Assembly: GCA_964252035.1 (NCBI GenBank)
Contig: OZ176210.1
Strand: one strand, 5' to 3'
DNA: 64,000 nt
From: Podarcis erhardii
Taxonomy: Eukaryota
This document shows, piece after piece, positions 10,186 to 23,392 of this stretch (its first letter is position 1; each line of letters begins with the position of its first letter). Under the pieces are notes generated by a model. That model was not told the DNA's origin, searched no databases, and was given only the letters and a program-made list of their open reading frames with translations. Both the position numbers and the translations under genes were made by a program.

Positions 10186-11815
10186 TAATTCTGTGGGGAA
10201 ACCCGTCATCCCTATGCCATGAGTGTGGAGCCTATTGCTCTCAAGGTGTTGTTGGACTTCAGGTCCCATCAGCTCCAGCTAGCATAGCCATTGGTCATGG
10301 GTGATGGGACTTGCAGTCCAGCAACATACGGAGGTCTACAGACTCCCCATACTGTACTTATTCTATGCTTTCTGTTCTCCCACATCAAGATTTTGGTTAT
10401 TACCAGCCATTTACACCTGAAACTCACAGAACAAAGAACCACACCACTTCAAATGCGCAGCAACAGAATGTGGCGATACCTTTCCTAGTCTGTATCACAT
10501 TGGACTGCAGCTGGGTTTTGTACTGTAAATCTCTGGCTATGCAGAAAAATATAATAGGCTTGAACATAGACAAGGAATTGGGAGCTGTTTTTTGTTTTGC
10601 TTTGCTTTTTGCAACTCCTACAGCAGAGCTTTCCAAACTGTGTGTCGCGGCATGTTAGCGCTTTGGTTGCAGTGTGCAGGTGTGTCCGCAAACGCTCCCT
10701 GCTCTCCTCCTGGGGCTGGAAAAGGGTTAGCTTAACCTCTGGCTTGCTAGGAAAACTGAACCACTGCTTCACGAAATGATGCATGTCTAAAAAGTGTGTC
10801 ACCAACATAAAAAGTTGGGAAAGCTTTGTCCTGAGCTCTCAGTTGCAGAGGTGCTAGAAGTGGGAGATAGCCTACCACCAGTGAAAAATTCTCATACAGT
10901 TAAGTCCCACCAACTTAGATGTAGCTCCAGAATCTGAGCCTGGTACACCTATCAACAGTCTGACAGATGTTGCTGAACATGCTGAACCAAAGATCGTTCC
11001 AGGATTACTTGGTCCATTGCCAACCAACAATGCACCTCCTAACCTTCACCTCGTAACTTAAATAGAAACAGAAGGGGCCCTGCGAGGATGAACCTTCTAG
11101 CTAGCAACTGGAGATGGTTGGGTGGAATAATAATAATAATAATAATACCATGTTCAGAGGTGTTACTAGGTCTTTAACTGACGTAGGATGCACAAGCCCA
11201 TGACACAAATTTGCATAAAGGTTTCATGTGCTGGTTTTATATGCATAGGTGCACATTTAGGCCAATGTTCTGGGGGTGGGGGGCAAATTGTCAGGGCTTC
11301 CTCTGAGCCAACAGGATTTTCTGGGCCCCAGAAAGTTAAGAATGTGGGTGGGTGGGGTCTCACTGGTGTAGCATGTTGCAGTTTGCCCACCTGTCCTGTA
11401 AGCATTTTTTTAACAAAAAGTTTTAAAAGGGGGGAAAGATCTTGGGCTCAGTGCAAAAGACCCAAGACTTAGGTGTCCTATGCCCAGACATGGTTCAGCC
11501 ATTAGGTGGACTGAGGTGGCTGAAGTCCCCAAAGCAGCAGCCTGCCTGCCCCATTGCTCGTGCAGAAGTGGCACCAGTATCAGTTGAAATTGCACAAGCT
11601 CTTGCAGCAGGATCACACCCAAAACTGGAGCTGATACTGGTGCTTCTTCTCAGCCTGCAGCAGGGCGAGTGCAGAAGCAGCAGTGGTGGCAGCAGTGGCA
11701 GAAACAGGTACAGTGGTGGCAGTGGCAGGGCAAGGCGGCACTTCCCATTTCACCTCAATCAGTGAAGCGGGATGCGCTTGCCCTTGCCTGTGCCACCCCT
11801 TAACAATATCCCAGC

Positions 11816-12071
11816 TGTTATGTACTGAAGTTCTCACCCTGGGCCAGCAGGGGGATACTGTAGATAGTTATGCAAATAAGAGATCGAAAGTGACGTAAGT
11901 GACGTTCAGTGATTGGATAGTTTTAGAAAATTGTTACAGTTACGTTGTACTGGAGCTCTATATAAGCAGGCTGGCTGAACCCTTCAGTTCAGTTCTGTCC
12001 TGGCCTGTGAATAAACAAGAGCTGTTTGAAGAATCGCTGTGTCGTCTGATATGTTCACCCACAACTTAACA
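11816..12071 (+). mobile_element. Solo LTR, compact family X
   Basis: TGTTA...TAACA termini; exact 5-bp TSD CCAGC; octamer, CRE-like, TATA and AATAAA motifs. Confidence 0.93.
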
Positions 12072-12413
12072 CCAGCCCTGTTTTTGTTGACCACCGAATT
12101 AGTCAGTCTCTCCCATATTTATAGTTATGATTATTTGGCATCTTCCTGGATTCTGATTGTTTGGGTTCCTTTAGGAGAAAGGTAGAAATACAATAAAATA
12201 AGTAGATTGGAAGCTGTGTTTCCCTTCTTCCACCAACTTTCTTTCCTAGGTCAATTGTCTTGCTAAATTGTAACATGCATTTTGTACCCATGGGTAAGTC
12301 CTACTTAGAGCAGACCTGCTGAAATGAATGGACATGATTAAAGCCCATTAATTTCCGTGGGGTTATAAGTTAGTTGGAGGCAACCCATAATAACAAATAT
12401 CTATATCTTGCCC

Positions 12414-12763
12414 TGTGGCGTTTGCCCATTCTTTGGGGATACGTTTATATTGGGGGAGAGAAAGGGTTAATAGGTTGACCAATAAGAAAGCCCGGAGGTG
12501 GAGCCTACCTGATTTTGAGGCTCAGCCCAGAGGTCTTGACAGTTATTTCGCTTGGTTCTTTTGGGAGGGGAGATAGAGGAGTCAGAGTGAGTTAGAGACA
12601 GGGACAAGACTGAGAGGGAATAGAGTGACAGCGTTTCGAATATATTTTTAAAATTGTTTGTGTTTGAAATAAAGTTTAATCTTCATTGTTAACTCTACCT
12701 GACTAAGACTCAGTACTTCAATGGGGAGCCCTGGGTTTCCCCCCACAAAATTGGTGGCAGCGG
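12414..12763 (+). mobile_element. LTR (TGTGG...CCACA) followed by a tRNA-Leu primer-binding site; internal region missing
   Basis: Inverted termini 12414/12747; AATAAA inside; TGGTGGCAGCGG at 12752-12763 is complementary to the tRNA-Leu 3' end (..CCGCUGCCACCA); no TSD. Confidence 0.65.
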
Positions 12764-13889
12764 AAGAATAAAATAGTGGTGTACAGGTCAATAGTCTGTG
12801 AAACAACCAGGGGCTCTGCATGAACGCCACATGCCCTTTCTCGCAAAGGAGCCCAGGATGGCAAACATGAAAGCGATAAAACAATGCAATTAAATATAAA
12901 ATAGCATATTTAAAAACATGTAAAACAACAGGAATGTTGACTACTTTTCCTGTCAAGACTCAACCTAGCTTTTCCTTGGCTTCCTTTTAGCCGAGGCATC
13001 CGTGCTATTTTTCAAAACACACTCGCGTTAAACTGAGCAACCTCAGTAACTGGAGTACCCCTCACTTGTGTGCAAGTAAATATCACTGGGTCAGATTTGG
13101 AAGCAATAAATGAGGTGTTGAAAATCAGATGCTTGGTTGGCATCTTCTAGATAATCACCCTGCCATTTAGTAAAGCATACAGAGTGGCTGGGGCCTAAAT
13201 AAAATAACAATAATACTGCTCAAAGTGACAGAGCTTTCCTTTGCTCCTGGAGGAATAAATTGAAATTGGCGATGTTCAAAGCTACTTCAATGTTTATGCC
13301 CTTGCATCTTCCTGTTCTGACATCTTCCAGGTGTGGGGAACACCTGGCCTCTAAACCCCAGGTACTGATCCCAGGCCACACCCCTTTCCAAGGCTCCTCC
13401 TGCCTCTTCCATTCCACTTTCTCCCAGAAAACTCATGATAAGCTGGCCATGGAAGAAGAGAGGAATCTTTTCCTCCCTGACCCGCTACAGTGCTCTGCTC
13501 AGCTGCATCACTTGCAACTGAAATATTCAGTTGCTCCGAATCCAGAGCAAACACAAGAGCTATTCATGCCTTCAAGGGAGCTTCCCCAGAAACAATCCTC
13601 CAGCTGAATTGGAGCAAATGTCAATCGGGTTTTCTGTGGATTGACGTCTGCTGTGATTTATCATGAGTTTTCTGGGGGAGAGTGGTGGGGCAAAGGTAAA
13701 ACTGCTTGGACCTGTGTCCAGAAAGTGCAGGATAAGTGGGAAACTGCGCTTTCTAGGCATGGTGCAAGAAGAAAGTCTGGATCAACCCATAGATGTAGCA
13801 GAACTGTTAGCAATCTGTAAACATGGTACACTTAGGTGAGTTCTGAGTGTATATTCCTATTATATCTGAAAAAGGTTGGAGGGTGTGTG

Positions 13890-14148
13890 CCGTATTTTTC
13901 GCTCTATAAGACGCACCAGACCACAAGACACACCTAGTTTTTGGAGGAGGAAAACAAGAAAAATAATATTCTGAATCTCAGAAGCCAGAACAGCAAGAGG
14001 GATCGCTGCACAGTGAAAGCAACAATCCCTCTTGCTGTTCTGGCTTCTGGGATAGCTGTGCAGCCTGCATTCGCTCCATAAGACGCACACACATTTCCCT
14101 TTACTTTTTAGGAGGGAAAAAGTGAGTCTTATAGAGCAAAAAATACGG
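13890..14148 (+). mobile_element. pogo/Tigger-like MITE with an internal hairpin
   Basis: TIR CCGTATTTTTCGCTCTATAAGAC...GTCTTATAGAGCAAAAAATACGG; flanks TG / TA. Confidence 0.85.
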
Positions 14149-14879
14149 TATTTTGTTTTCAGGTGTTCCTGTACGTTATTAGCTTTGCCCAAGCCCTCCC
14201 TTTTCAGAATGCACAATTATTTTACTATAGTAATTCCAACAAGCAAGGAACCAGAAAACCCTATTAATTTCAAAGGCGTTCCTCTATCAAATCTGCAGCT
14301 GAGAGAACAAGAAAGCTGATCTCCCACTTCACCACTGGTAAATCCCGGGCAGAGGAAATCTAAGTCTCCCTACTGGCCCACCCTCTTTATGTTAATCTTC
14401 GTGGCTTTACATATCCCCTCCCAGAGTTCTGCCTCTCTCTTAAGTACTCTAGTCTGAGCTGTCAGAAACAGCAAGCGCAGACCTTGCTGAGCGAGCAGCT
14501 TGCTCTCCTATGAACTGCGACATTCCTCCAGCCCTTTAAAGTTGCTTTATTATTTTTTAAACGTTCAATTGCAAGAAGCTGCTTTGGGATTCTGGAGAAG
14601 GTTGCAGCATCACTGACGACTGCACAAAGTTACATCTGGCCAGCTACTTACTTGGGAAGCTGCAGCCACCGCTTTTAGAGGGCGAGAAAATAAGTCTTAT
14701 CTTTTCAGTGTTCTGTCAGCTGCATTTGCAAAGCTCTATGGACTTCAGTGATGAGGAATCAGCAAATTCCTGCAAGTAGGGTAAATGACTTGTGTACAGG
14801 AATAGGTGCTTCATGCACGGAGCACAGGTCTCAATTGTCTCATTTCATCAAAAGAAGAGATCCCAGTGACACATGGACC

Positions 14880-14955
14880 ATGAACCAAGCAGCTGAGGCC
14901 ACAACGAACGTGTACATGTTCCACACGCTGGACAACAGTAAACACAAAGATGAAG
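14880..14955 (+). CDS. RANBP3L: RANBP3L candidate coding exon 1 (MNQAAEATTNVYMFHTLDNSKHKDE-G)
   Basis: ATG at 14880; strong donor GAAG|GTAAGC at 14955/56 in phase 1, matching the phase-1 acceptor of exon 2. Only weak similarity to the mammalian N-terminus (FHT vs LHT). An in-frame ATG also exists upstream at 14751. Confidence 0.55.
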
Positions 14956-16390
14956 GTAAGCATTTTATTTTTTCAATTGTTTAAAATGACTTTTTTCCCC
15001 ATTTGCAGCTCAAGCCTTGTGTGCTTTCCCAAGGCAAATACTTCAATACTTCAATGATGACCATCACAATCAGATTGTGCAGAAATAAATATCATACCTT
15101 GTACTCGTAATAAACTATGGAGATTACATATACTAACGTGAACACTATTTGGATTATGGTTATGCTTGCCTACATAGCAAAGCCAAAGTTAAACATTTTT
15201 AGAACCCATTTATTCCAGTGATTTAGGGTGAAATCCTGTGCACCTTAACTCAGATTAGAAGATTATGCTGTGCTCTCATTGCATTGAGGGTGATGGTTTC
15301 TTCCTGAATGGAGTCCATGCTTAACTCTTCCACTGAAATCAGTAGGATTTAAAAGTGTTTGATGTTGACTAATTTAGCCCTGTATACTTTTGCAGTTTCA
15401 TTTATCCAGTGGGGCAACCCTGACTTTCAGTCCTCAAATTACTTTGAGAGATAGCTTGCTTTATTTATCGATAAATTATATCAATCATCTTTCCACTGAA
15501 AAGGTTGTATTTCAGTAACTGAGCACAAACTGTGCACACCAGAAGTACCCAGTTTCAACTGCCAGCATCTCCAGGAAGGGCTAGGGAAAACTTCAGAAAC
15601 CCATGAAATCTACTGACGGTCAATACAAATAATACTGTGCCAGATGGACCAGTAAGAAGTTGCCACAAGCCACAGGCATGATCTGGTGTAATGGGAATAC
15701 TCTAAAGATCCTGGTTTGCGTATTATGGCTTGCCCAAGGCTACTCCATCAGTTTTATGCCTGAGCGGGGTTTTGACGCTTGACCTTTCACATTCCAGCTC
15801 ATCTCCACCTGCTGCACCTCTTTAGTTCTTGAATAAACTACACATGCATTTGCATGATTTGTGTTGCTTCTTCTATTTTTTTTCAGTGAAAGTGATTTTT
15901 TTTTTTAATTAAAAAAAACTTGATCAGTGGACAAGGAATAAAATGGAACTGTTGGGAACCTTTAAAGTGCCAGTAGGTTTATGGTTTTGACTCACCATCT
16001 GCACCATTGCGACTTTTTCAACAACAATGAGAACTAGATGCCTTAAAAATTGAAACTTGACATTCTTCTGATACTCTTCTAATTAGGATAATGAGATTAG
16101 GATAATGAGATTAGTAGAGTCTGTTTTTAACAGCCAGAAATACAGTTATCTATATGGAAAGTGCTTAACAATGGAAATTCAAAGAGGACGGATATACGGT
16201 ACTCTTTTTCTTCAACTCTTCTTCATTTAAACACCTTATGGATTAGCATTGCCCATTTTCTATGAACCCCTCGATCCATTTTGCTATGTCAGGGAAATTG
16301 ACATTTACTCAGAAGATTCGTCTGCCTCTTCAAATGTTAATCTGTTCTGTTCAGACTGCCATTCTTTCATCATTGCCAAGCACCAACTTC

Positions 16391-16424
<34 letters not shown>

Positions 16425-19400
16425 TTATTTATACCCCGCCCATCTGGCTGGGTTTCCCCAGCCACTCTGGGCGGCTTCCAACAAAATATTAAAATACAGT
16501 AATGCATCAAACATTAAAAGCTTCCCTAAACAGGGCTGCCTTCAGATGTCTTCTAAAAGATGTCTTCTAACATGTCCTAGATATTTTGCAGCACATGTGC
16601 CCATTGTACTGCTAAATACAGTATGTTTTTTCCTTCTCTTCCACGGTGTTTAGAACAGCATAGGTTGGATATCCACAACAACCCTGTGAGGTAGTTTAGG
16701 CAGAGAGATGGCGGTTAGCCCAAAGATACCCAATGGGGTTCACAGATAAGGAAGAATAGCCCAGTTGCACTAAGATGAAAACCAATATAGTGCAGAAGGT
16801 AGGGTCTAAGACTAGACACAGAGACACCCAGCATTAAATTTCTCTTGGCTCTGAAGCTCACTGTGATTTGTGCAATGATAGAATATTTTGGCTCCCTGAT
16901 TGTTTGATGATGCTTGGGACCAAATGCATGGTGCCAATTTTTTCTAGACTTATGGTACCTCATTATAGTATATATTTGAGATTTCTCAGCATGACATGAT
17001 AAGCTGCAATGCAAGGTCAAACTTAAAGTCCTAGTGATTCTGTAGATGTCAGAGTCTTCCCTGTTTCATGTCTGGCATGAACTCTGTGATCTAGTGGCCC
17101 AGTTTGTGCTGTCAGACCACCTCTCATTAAATGATGATGTTCTGATGCAGCATCCAAAAATATCTCTGATCATTAGAAGACGACCTGTTCTCCCAAACAC
17201 TTCATTAAGCATTGCAGTTGACAGTGTTCGTTGCCTGCCAAGTGTGAATATACTGCAAATTTCATCATATATTGCAGCATATCATGCTGAAGGATCTAAA
17301 TTCTTTAGCATCGAATTTTTAAAGTATGCTTTAAAAATAATGTCATAGTTGCTCTTCAACCTTCACCTTCCCCAAATGTTGTTGGACTACAACTGCCATC
17401 ACCCCTAACTTTTGGATTTGATGGCCAGGGATGATGGGAGTTGTAGTGCAACAAAATCTAGGGTACCCCAGGTTGAAGAAGGCTATTTCAAAGCAGCACC
17501 AAGCTTCCGAACCCAATAAATGTCCTTTATTTCAGTTGCATTGTACTCCAATTGTTCCATATTTTTGACATTTTGGTCTAGTAACCCTAAATGTCCCTTA
17601 CAATATAAGTTTACAATATATGATGTAATCAATAGTGTAGCCACACATGAATGAGAAGTAATAATAGTCTTTACCTTGCGATAAGTTTAATTACCATCTC
17701 TAAAATAAACCCTATTGTCTGTGTCACTACAGGTTTAGGCAAGTCGTGCTTTCAGCTCAAAGGCTTTAGTGAGATTCTTGGCAACAATGTAGGTGTCGGT
17801 AAAACGAGCTAAACATATACTATTTCACAAACTACCAGCAGCTAATGCACTAAAATGCCTGAATACCTGCTAAATGTAAAAGCAATCAGAACTCTTTTTG
17901 AAAAGGGGATGGCTTCTCTACAAGCTGAATGGGAACGGAACCAAGATGGTTATAAATTGTAATCAATTTATGAGAGTATTTCAAGTTTAGACTGGAAATT
18001 AATGTATTTATTTTATACATATATACTTTACCATTTGATGGCTGTGGCGGCTTACATAAAACCATAAGCACATAAATTAATAGGGGGAAGGGAAATAAAC
18101 TCAGCAGCAGCAGCAGAACACTAAGGTGAAATATATTAAAAATTCAATCATCAAAGCAGGCCATGAATACATCGCAACCAGCTTAGTTTCAAAACGGAAA
18201 TGTTGAAAAGTTTAGTGTTATTTCTTACTATCTTTATTTTAAAAAGATAAAGAAAGGCACCACTATTAGACCAAACAAAGTAGCATGCATTGAACAGAAT
18301 GCTAAATATGGGCTTATCTACACTTCCCCTGCTTTCCCTGGGGGAAAACTGCTCTTTAGCGCTCAGTTTGAGCAAAAGGCAATTCCAGTTTCCCCTAGAT
18401 TGCCATTTGTTCCGATCTATTGCTAAAAAGCAAGTTTCCCCTTGGAAAGGAGTTGGGCAAGTGGAAAACCACTGAGACATGTGCCTAGAAAGCAATCTAT
18501 TTTTCCTGACAACCATACACCAGAGCTTCATGAAGGAGATGAAAGAAAACAATGTACTTCTCTGATCCTAAGGCTGTGATCCTATGCACCATGTACTGTA
18601 CTCAGAAGCAAGTTCTATTGAAGTGTGTGGCTTATTTCCAAGTAAATGTGTTTATGGGTGGAAAAAAAGATGCTCGGTTTTTATCGCATGGCAGGTCTTT
18701 TGGAAGTGTCCCCATTTGAAATACCTTTCCTCTGAAAGGTAAGGTCAAGCTCTGAAAAAGCTAGCTCCACATATTTGCATCAGAAGTCAGCTATGGATGA
18801 TGTTGATTGGTTGGCAGCTGTGATATCCATAAGCTACCTCTCCGAAGTGAGTGAGTTGGCAAAACTGATGGCTGAATCAGCTTTTGATTTGCTGATGCAT
18901 GTGTCTGTTATTTCATCTGTGAAGCTGGTAGGGAGCCTGTGTCGGTCATTGGGCTGAATGCTTTCCATTTTTTGTTTTTGTTTTCAAAATACTGGGCTTT
19001 TGGGGAAACCCAGTGGATAAGGCCGGGATAGGTGGAACACTGGAGACAAGGCAAGATTTGGTAGGTTCTGGGTAGAGGCTGGAAGAACCTGGTTGGTCTG
19101 GGACAGAACCAGAAAGGAACTTGATAGCTTAGGAGTGGAGGCATAATAGGACATTCCATTTGCAAGCTTTCAGCCTCTGATGCTGGTTACCAAACAAAAG
19201 ACATTGGGAGGGATCCAGTGTAGTTCTAATGAGACAGTTTTGTCACTGCAAGGATTTCTGCTTGCACGACATTCTCCCCCTCTCCACTCCCTGTGTGCCC
19301 CTAAATGTGCTCTAGAGATTCCCTCAACCATCTGGAGCAGATCTGGAGAGCGCCTGGGGTGGCCACAGGGGGGAAAGAGGAGAGAAATTTAATTGTGCAA

Positions 19401-19661
19401 GTGGAATGGTAAGATTCTGCCCAGATGGCATCAAGGGTGGCCCCTTCCTTACCATAATAAAAGAGGCAATTCATTGCCAAAAAAAAGGAGACAGATCTGC
19501 ATAAGATATGTGCTAATACGGATGTTTAGGTGCAACTTAATAAATAATTTCTGTAATTAAAATAGCAGTATCTCATCCTAGTTTAATGTATTTTTAACCT
19601 TCTGTTGGAAGCCGCCCAGAAAGGCTGGGGAAACCCAGCCAGATGGGAGGGGTAGAAATAA

Positions 19662-19707
<46 letters not shown>

Positions 19708-20057
19708 GTTCAGGCTGGCTGTCTGCTTGCCCTCCAGGTGTTAAATGTTGATAGGCAACTTACTCCCCCTTCTTATGGCTTTTTAGCTCCAGGCTGGACA
19801 CAACATCCTTTCAAATAGAGGATTTTTTCTCTGTAAAGTATGGCACATGGCGAATCTACCTGGCTTCCAGAAGTGGGAACTGGGGACTGTTCAACAAAAG
19901 ACGAGCACAAGTATATAGGCTAAAGGAAATTTTAAATGAGTGGTTAGTTAACCTCTGATCTTAGGGCTCCAAGGTCTAGTGGGGACTTCTTATCCATTCT
20001 TCTTCAATCTGCTTTCAGCTCTCCATTACAGTGCTTGAGTTATAGGGGGACATAGAT

Positions 20058-20410
20058 AAGGTAAAGGTAAAGGGACCCCTGACCATTAGGTCCAGTCACG
20101 AATGACTTTGGGGTTGCGGCGCTCATCTCACTTTATTGGCCAAGGGAACCGGCATACAGCTTCCGGGTCATGTGGCCAGCATGACTAAGCCACTTCTGGC
20201 AAACCAGAACAGCATACGGAAATGCCGTTTACCTTCCCACCAGAGCGGTACCTATTTATCTACTTGCACTTTGACATGCTTTCGAACTGCTAGTGGGCAG
20301 GAGCAGGGACCGAGCAACGGGAGCTCACCCCGTTGCGGGGATTCGAACCGCCGACCTTCTGATCGGCAAGTCCTAGGCTCTGTGGTTTAACCCACAGCAC
20401 CACCTGCATC
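20058..20410 (-). mobile_element. Sauria SINE, full length
   Basis: tRNA-derived head, ACCTTT tail and characteristic body. Confidence 0.92.
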
Positions 20411-21450
20411 GGGAACACTAAATGAAACCCACTAACTCCATGCCCCATGCAACTTTATTGAAAACAGTAGCTGAGGGGGCCACGTACCACCTTGGCCGCT
20501 GTATCATTTAAGCACTGCTCCCTTACCATAGCTGTGTCATGCTAGAGTCTTCAGCCCAATATTCTTGTGAACTGGACCAAATTCATGAACAGCTGCTTCA
20601 GTTTAACAAACCCTTAACATGCTCAAACTCCGGCACTGTTCTTACTAACAGCTGGAATGCGCACTGCGGTCACCCCGAGAGATGCCAAAGAAAGCAGTTT
20701 AGCTGCTGTGAGCAACCCCAGCTCTCAATATGTAACATATTGTGACACTCAGCCCACGTCTACAAGGAGGACTGTTCAATTTTCTGTTCTTTCAGTTTCT
20801 CATTTCCCCAATCGTAAATTCAGATCCACATATTTCTGCAGAAATTCCTGTGGTTGCTTTTTTTTTAAAAAAAAAAATCCTGATGGAAATTCATCAGCAT
20901 TGTAGTGCGAGTTCCTCGCAAGAAGGTTTTCTTTTGTATTTACTTTTAACAAATATACATATTTTGCAAACAACGTCCCCTAATACAAATGCATTTGTGT
21001 ACATTATTTTTACTAATATATGCATTTATATGCACACCACCCCATTACATGCTTTTAGGTATGCAATTCTTAGTTGCAGAACTGCATTGCAAAATTCGTA
21101 AAAGTGTGACTCGTGAAGTATGGCTGTGTTTCGATTTGTTTACTGTTTTAGAAAGTGCAACTTTAGTGCAATCACCTTTAAAGCCAAGGTGAACCAAATT
21201 CCATCCCAAATACTGAATAGTTTCAGGGTCAAACAGCACTTACCCTGAGTTTGGTCCCTGTGGAAGGAAGTCACTGGAGGCTTATTAGAATTTCGTAATG
21301 TTTACAGATATAGAGGTTGGGTACAAGTGGAGGAATAGCTTAAACCAGGGATGTGGAGCCTATGCTCCTCCAGATGTTGCTTGATCACAACTCCAACCAT
21401 CCTTGACCATTAGCCATATTGGTTGAGGCTGATGGAAGTTGGGTTTAGCG

Positions 21451-21588
21451 CAGGGTTTCCTAAACTTGGGTCTCCACTTGTTTTTTTAGACTACAACTCC
21501 CATCATCCCTATCTAGTAGGACCAGTGGTCAGGGGTGATGGGAACTGTAGTCCAAAAACAGCTGGAGAGCCAAGATTGGGAAACCCTG
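21451..21588. mobile_element. Palindromic hAT-type MITE (ACTACAACTCCCATCA family)
   Basis: CAGGGTTTCC...GGAAACCCTG TIR; flanks GTTTAGCG / GCTTAGTG. Related, more decayed copies lie near 10220-10345, 17360-17480, 21348-21445, 22790-22926, 24738-24872, 33240-33372, 34955-35060, 40465-40722 and 44695-44855 (boundaries approximate). Confidence 0.8.
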
Positions 21589-22016
21589 GCTTAGTGCTAT
21601 GTATAAACCAGGCTAACAAATCACTAATAAAATTAATATAAAACCAAGATAAAACAGCTCATGCCCCCCGCGAAAGCCATGTCTTCCAAACACTTCATAA
21701 AATAAAAAGGCAAGGAGGTTTCTTGATGAGCTGCTCTTGGATTGGGAGTTCCATGCCCAAAGTACTGCGAAAATGATCTTTGTTTTTGGGAGAACAGGAA
21801 TGCAGAGAGAGAGAGTCTGAGTAGCACAGGTGTAAATTGCACTCCTCTTTATTCTCTGCTAAAGCAGCCTTCCCCAGCCTTAGTGGCCCTGATAGGTATT
21901 GTAGTTTTAAACAACTTGAGGGCACACGGTTGGGGAAATCTGCAACCAAAGAAAATGTGTTTACTACAATATATTTATGTAAAGGAAGGAGGAGGAAGAA
22001 AAAAAAACAAGAGCCC

Positions 22017-22427
22017 TGTTATGCCAGGATTGTTTACAAGGCTGGCTTTATTTACGAGGTCTGGTCTTCTTTTGGCAGAAAGGGGTGGGTTATTCCAGTC
22101 CCACCAGCCAGAGGCGGCCCATTTGGCAGGCTTCTGCAGAGACTTTTCCAGCAGCCTCCTGCACTCAAAGTAGCTGAGCTGCTCAGGACTGGAGCAATCC
22201 GGTCTCAACCAGTTTTGAAACCAGCCTGCCGAGAGTGTGCGTCCTGCTGTTGTTCAGGAGGAGGAGGAGGACTAGGAGGAGCAGCCCCTGTATCCTTTGC
22301 CTCCACCCCTTGCCTTTGCCTCGTTCACTGCCTTTTGCTCCCTATGGGTCCTCGTAGGGCGGAGTGCCTCTGTGAGCGACTGTGCCTGTTTGTGGACGAC
22401 TCCTGCTTTTGTCAACAAAAGAGATCA
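22017..22427 (-). mobile_element. LTR-like element (the end near 22427 is uncertain)
   Basis: On the minus strand it ends AATAAAGCC...GGCATAACA; possible TSD AGCCC / AGCCA; explains the 213-aa plus-strand ORF at 21837. Confidence 0.55.
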
Positions 22428-23205
22428 AGCCATGTGTCGCTTCTGCCTCCCTTAAAGCTGGCTGATAGTCTCAGATGAATGCCAAGTGAGCTGGCGCTGT
22501 TAGAAGGAGAACAGTCCTTTCTGTTTGCTTCCATCTGTCCCACCATAGTTTCATTCTGCAGCCATCACTAAAGCGCTTTTCTTCTCCCCATGCACATGAG
22601 ATGTTCTCATTCTGGAACAAAGATTCACTCCAAATGTATATTAAGGCCATGCTTGCTGTAGAAGCTCAGTGGGAGAGCATTTGCTGTGCATGCAGAAGGT
22701 TTCTAATTTCAATCCTGGGCATTTCCAGGTATGGCTGGGAGAAACCTATGTCTGAAACGCTGGAGAGCCACCTCCAGCCAGAGTAGATCTCTGGGAGCCA
22801 ACATGGTGTCCTCTAGATATGGATGGACTGCAGTTCCCATCACCCCCAGCCAGTATGGCCAATGGTTAGGGACGACAGGGATTGTGGTTCAATGACATCT
22901 GGAGGGTAGCAGGTTAGCTACCCCTGGTATAAACAATAGCAAACTAGATGGACCAATAATCTGACTCATTAAAAATCAGCTTCCTGTGTCCCTGTCAGCG
23001 AGGTTTAGAAAACAGAAGCAAGCCCAATGGAGAGAATGTGAATATTTGCATGGGAGAATCAGCTGGCAACACAGTGCATATAGATATAGATGCACCGGAC
23101 TTGCCTCACTGTTTTGGCCATCTGGGGTCACCTCCTCACATGCTAGGTTGTCTCAAGACTGGGTTGTTGTTGTTTTTTACGGGGTAAAAATGATAAAATT
23201 ATTTT

Positions 23206-23392
23206 AGGGTTGCCATATTTCAAAAAGTGAAAATCCGGACACAAAACTGGTTGAACTTTTTGGGGGCAAAGTTGTTTTGCAAAATCTCAAAAAAAATGCT
23301 GATTTTCCTGCACATATTATCGATTTCTGCTGAATCCTGCTTCCAAAGGCTGAATCCTGGCTATGTCCAACCCTATGTAACCACGGCAATCC
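23206..23392. mobile_element. hAT-type MITE (TAGGGTTGCC TIR)
   Basis: TAGGGTTGCC...GGCAATCCTA termini. Confidence 0.6.

Noticed and set aside
16081-16113. 14-bp tandem duplication ATTAGGATAATGAG
   Set aside because: Simple local slippage with no further structure.
21837-22478. 213-aa ORF as a host gene
   Set aside because: Mostly overlaps an LTR-like repeat on the opposite strand; no homology recognised and no splice support.
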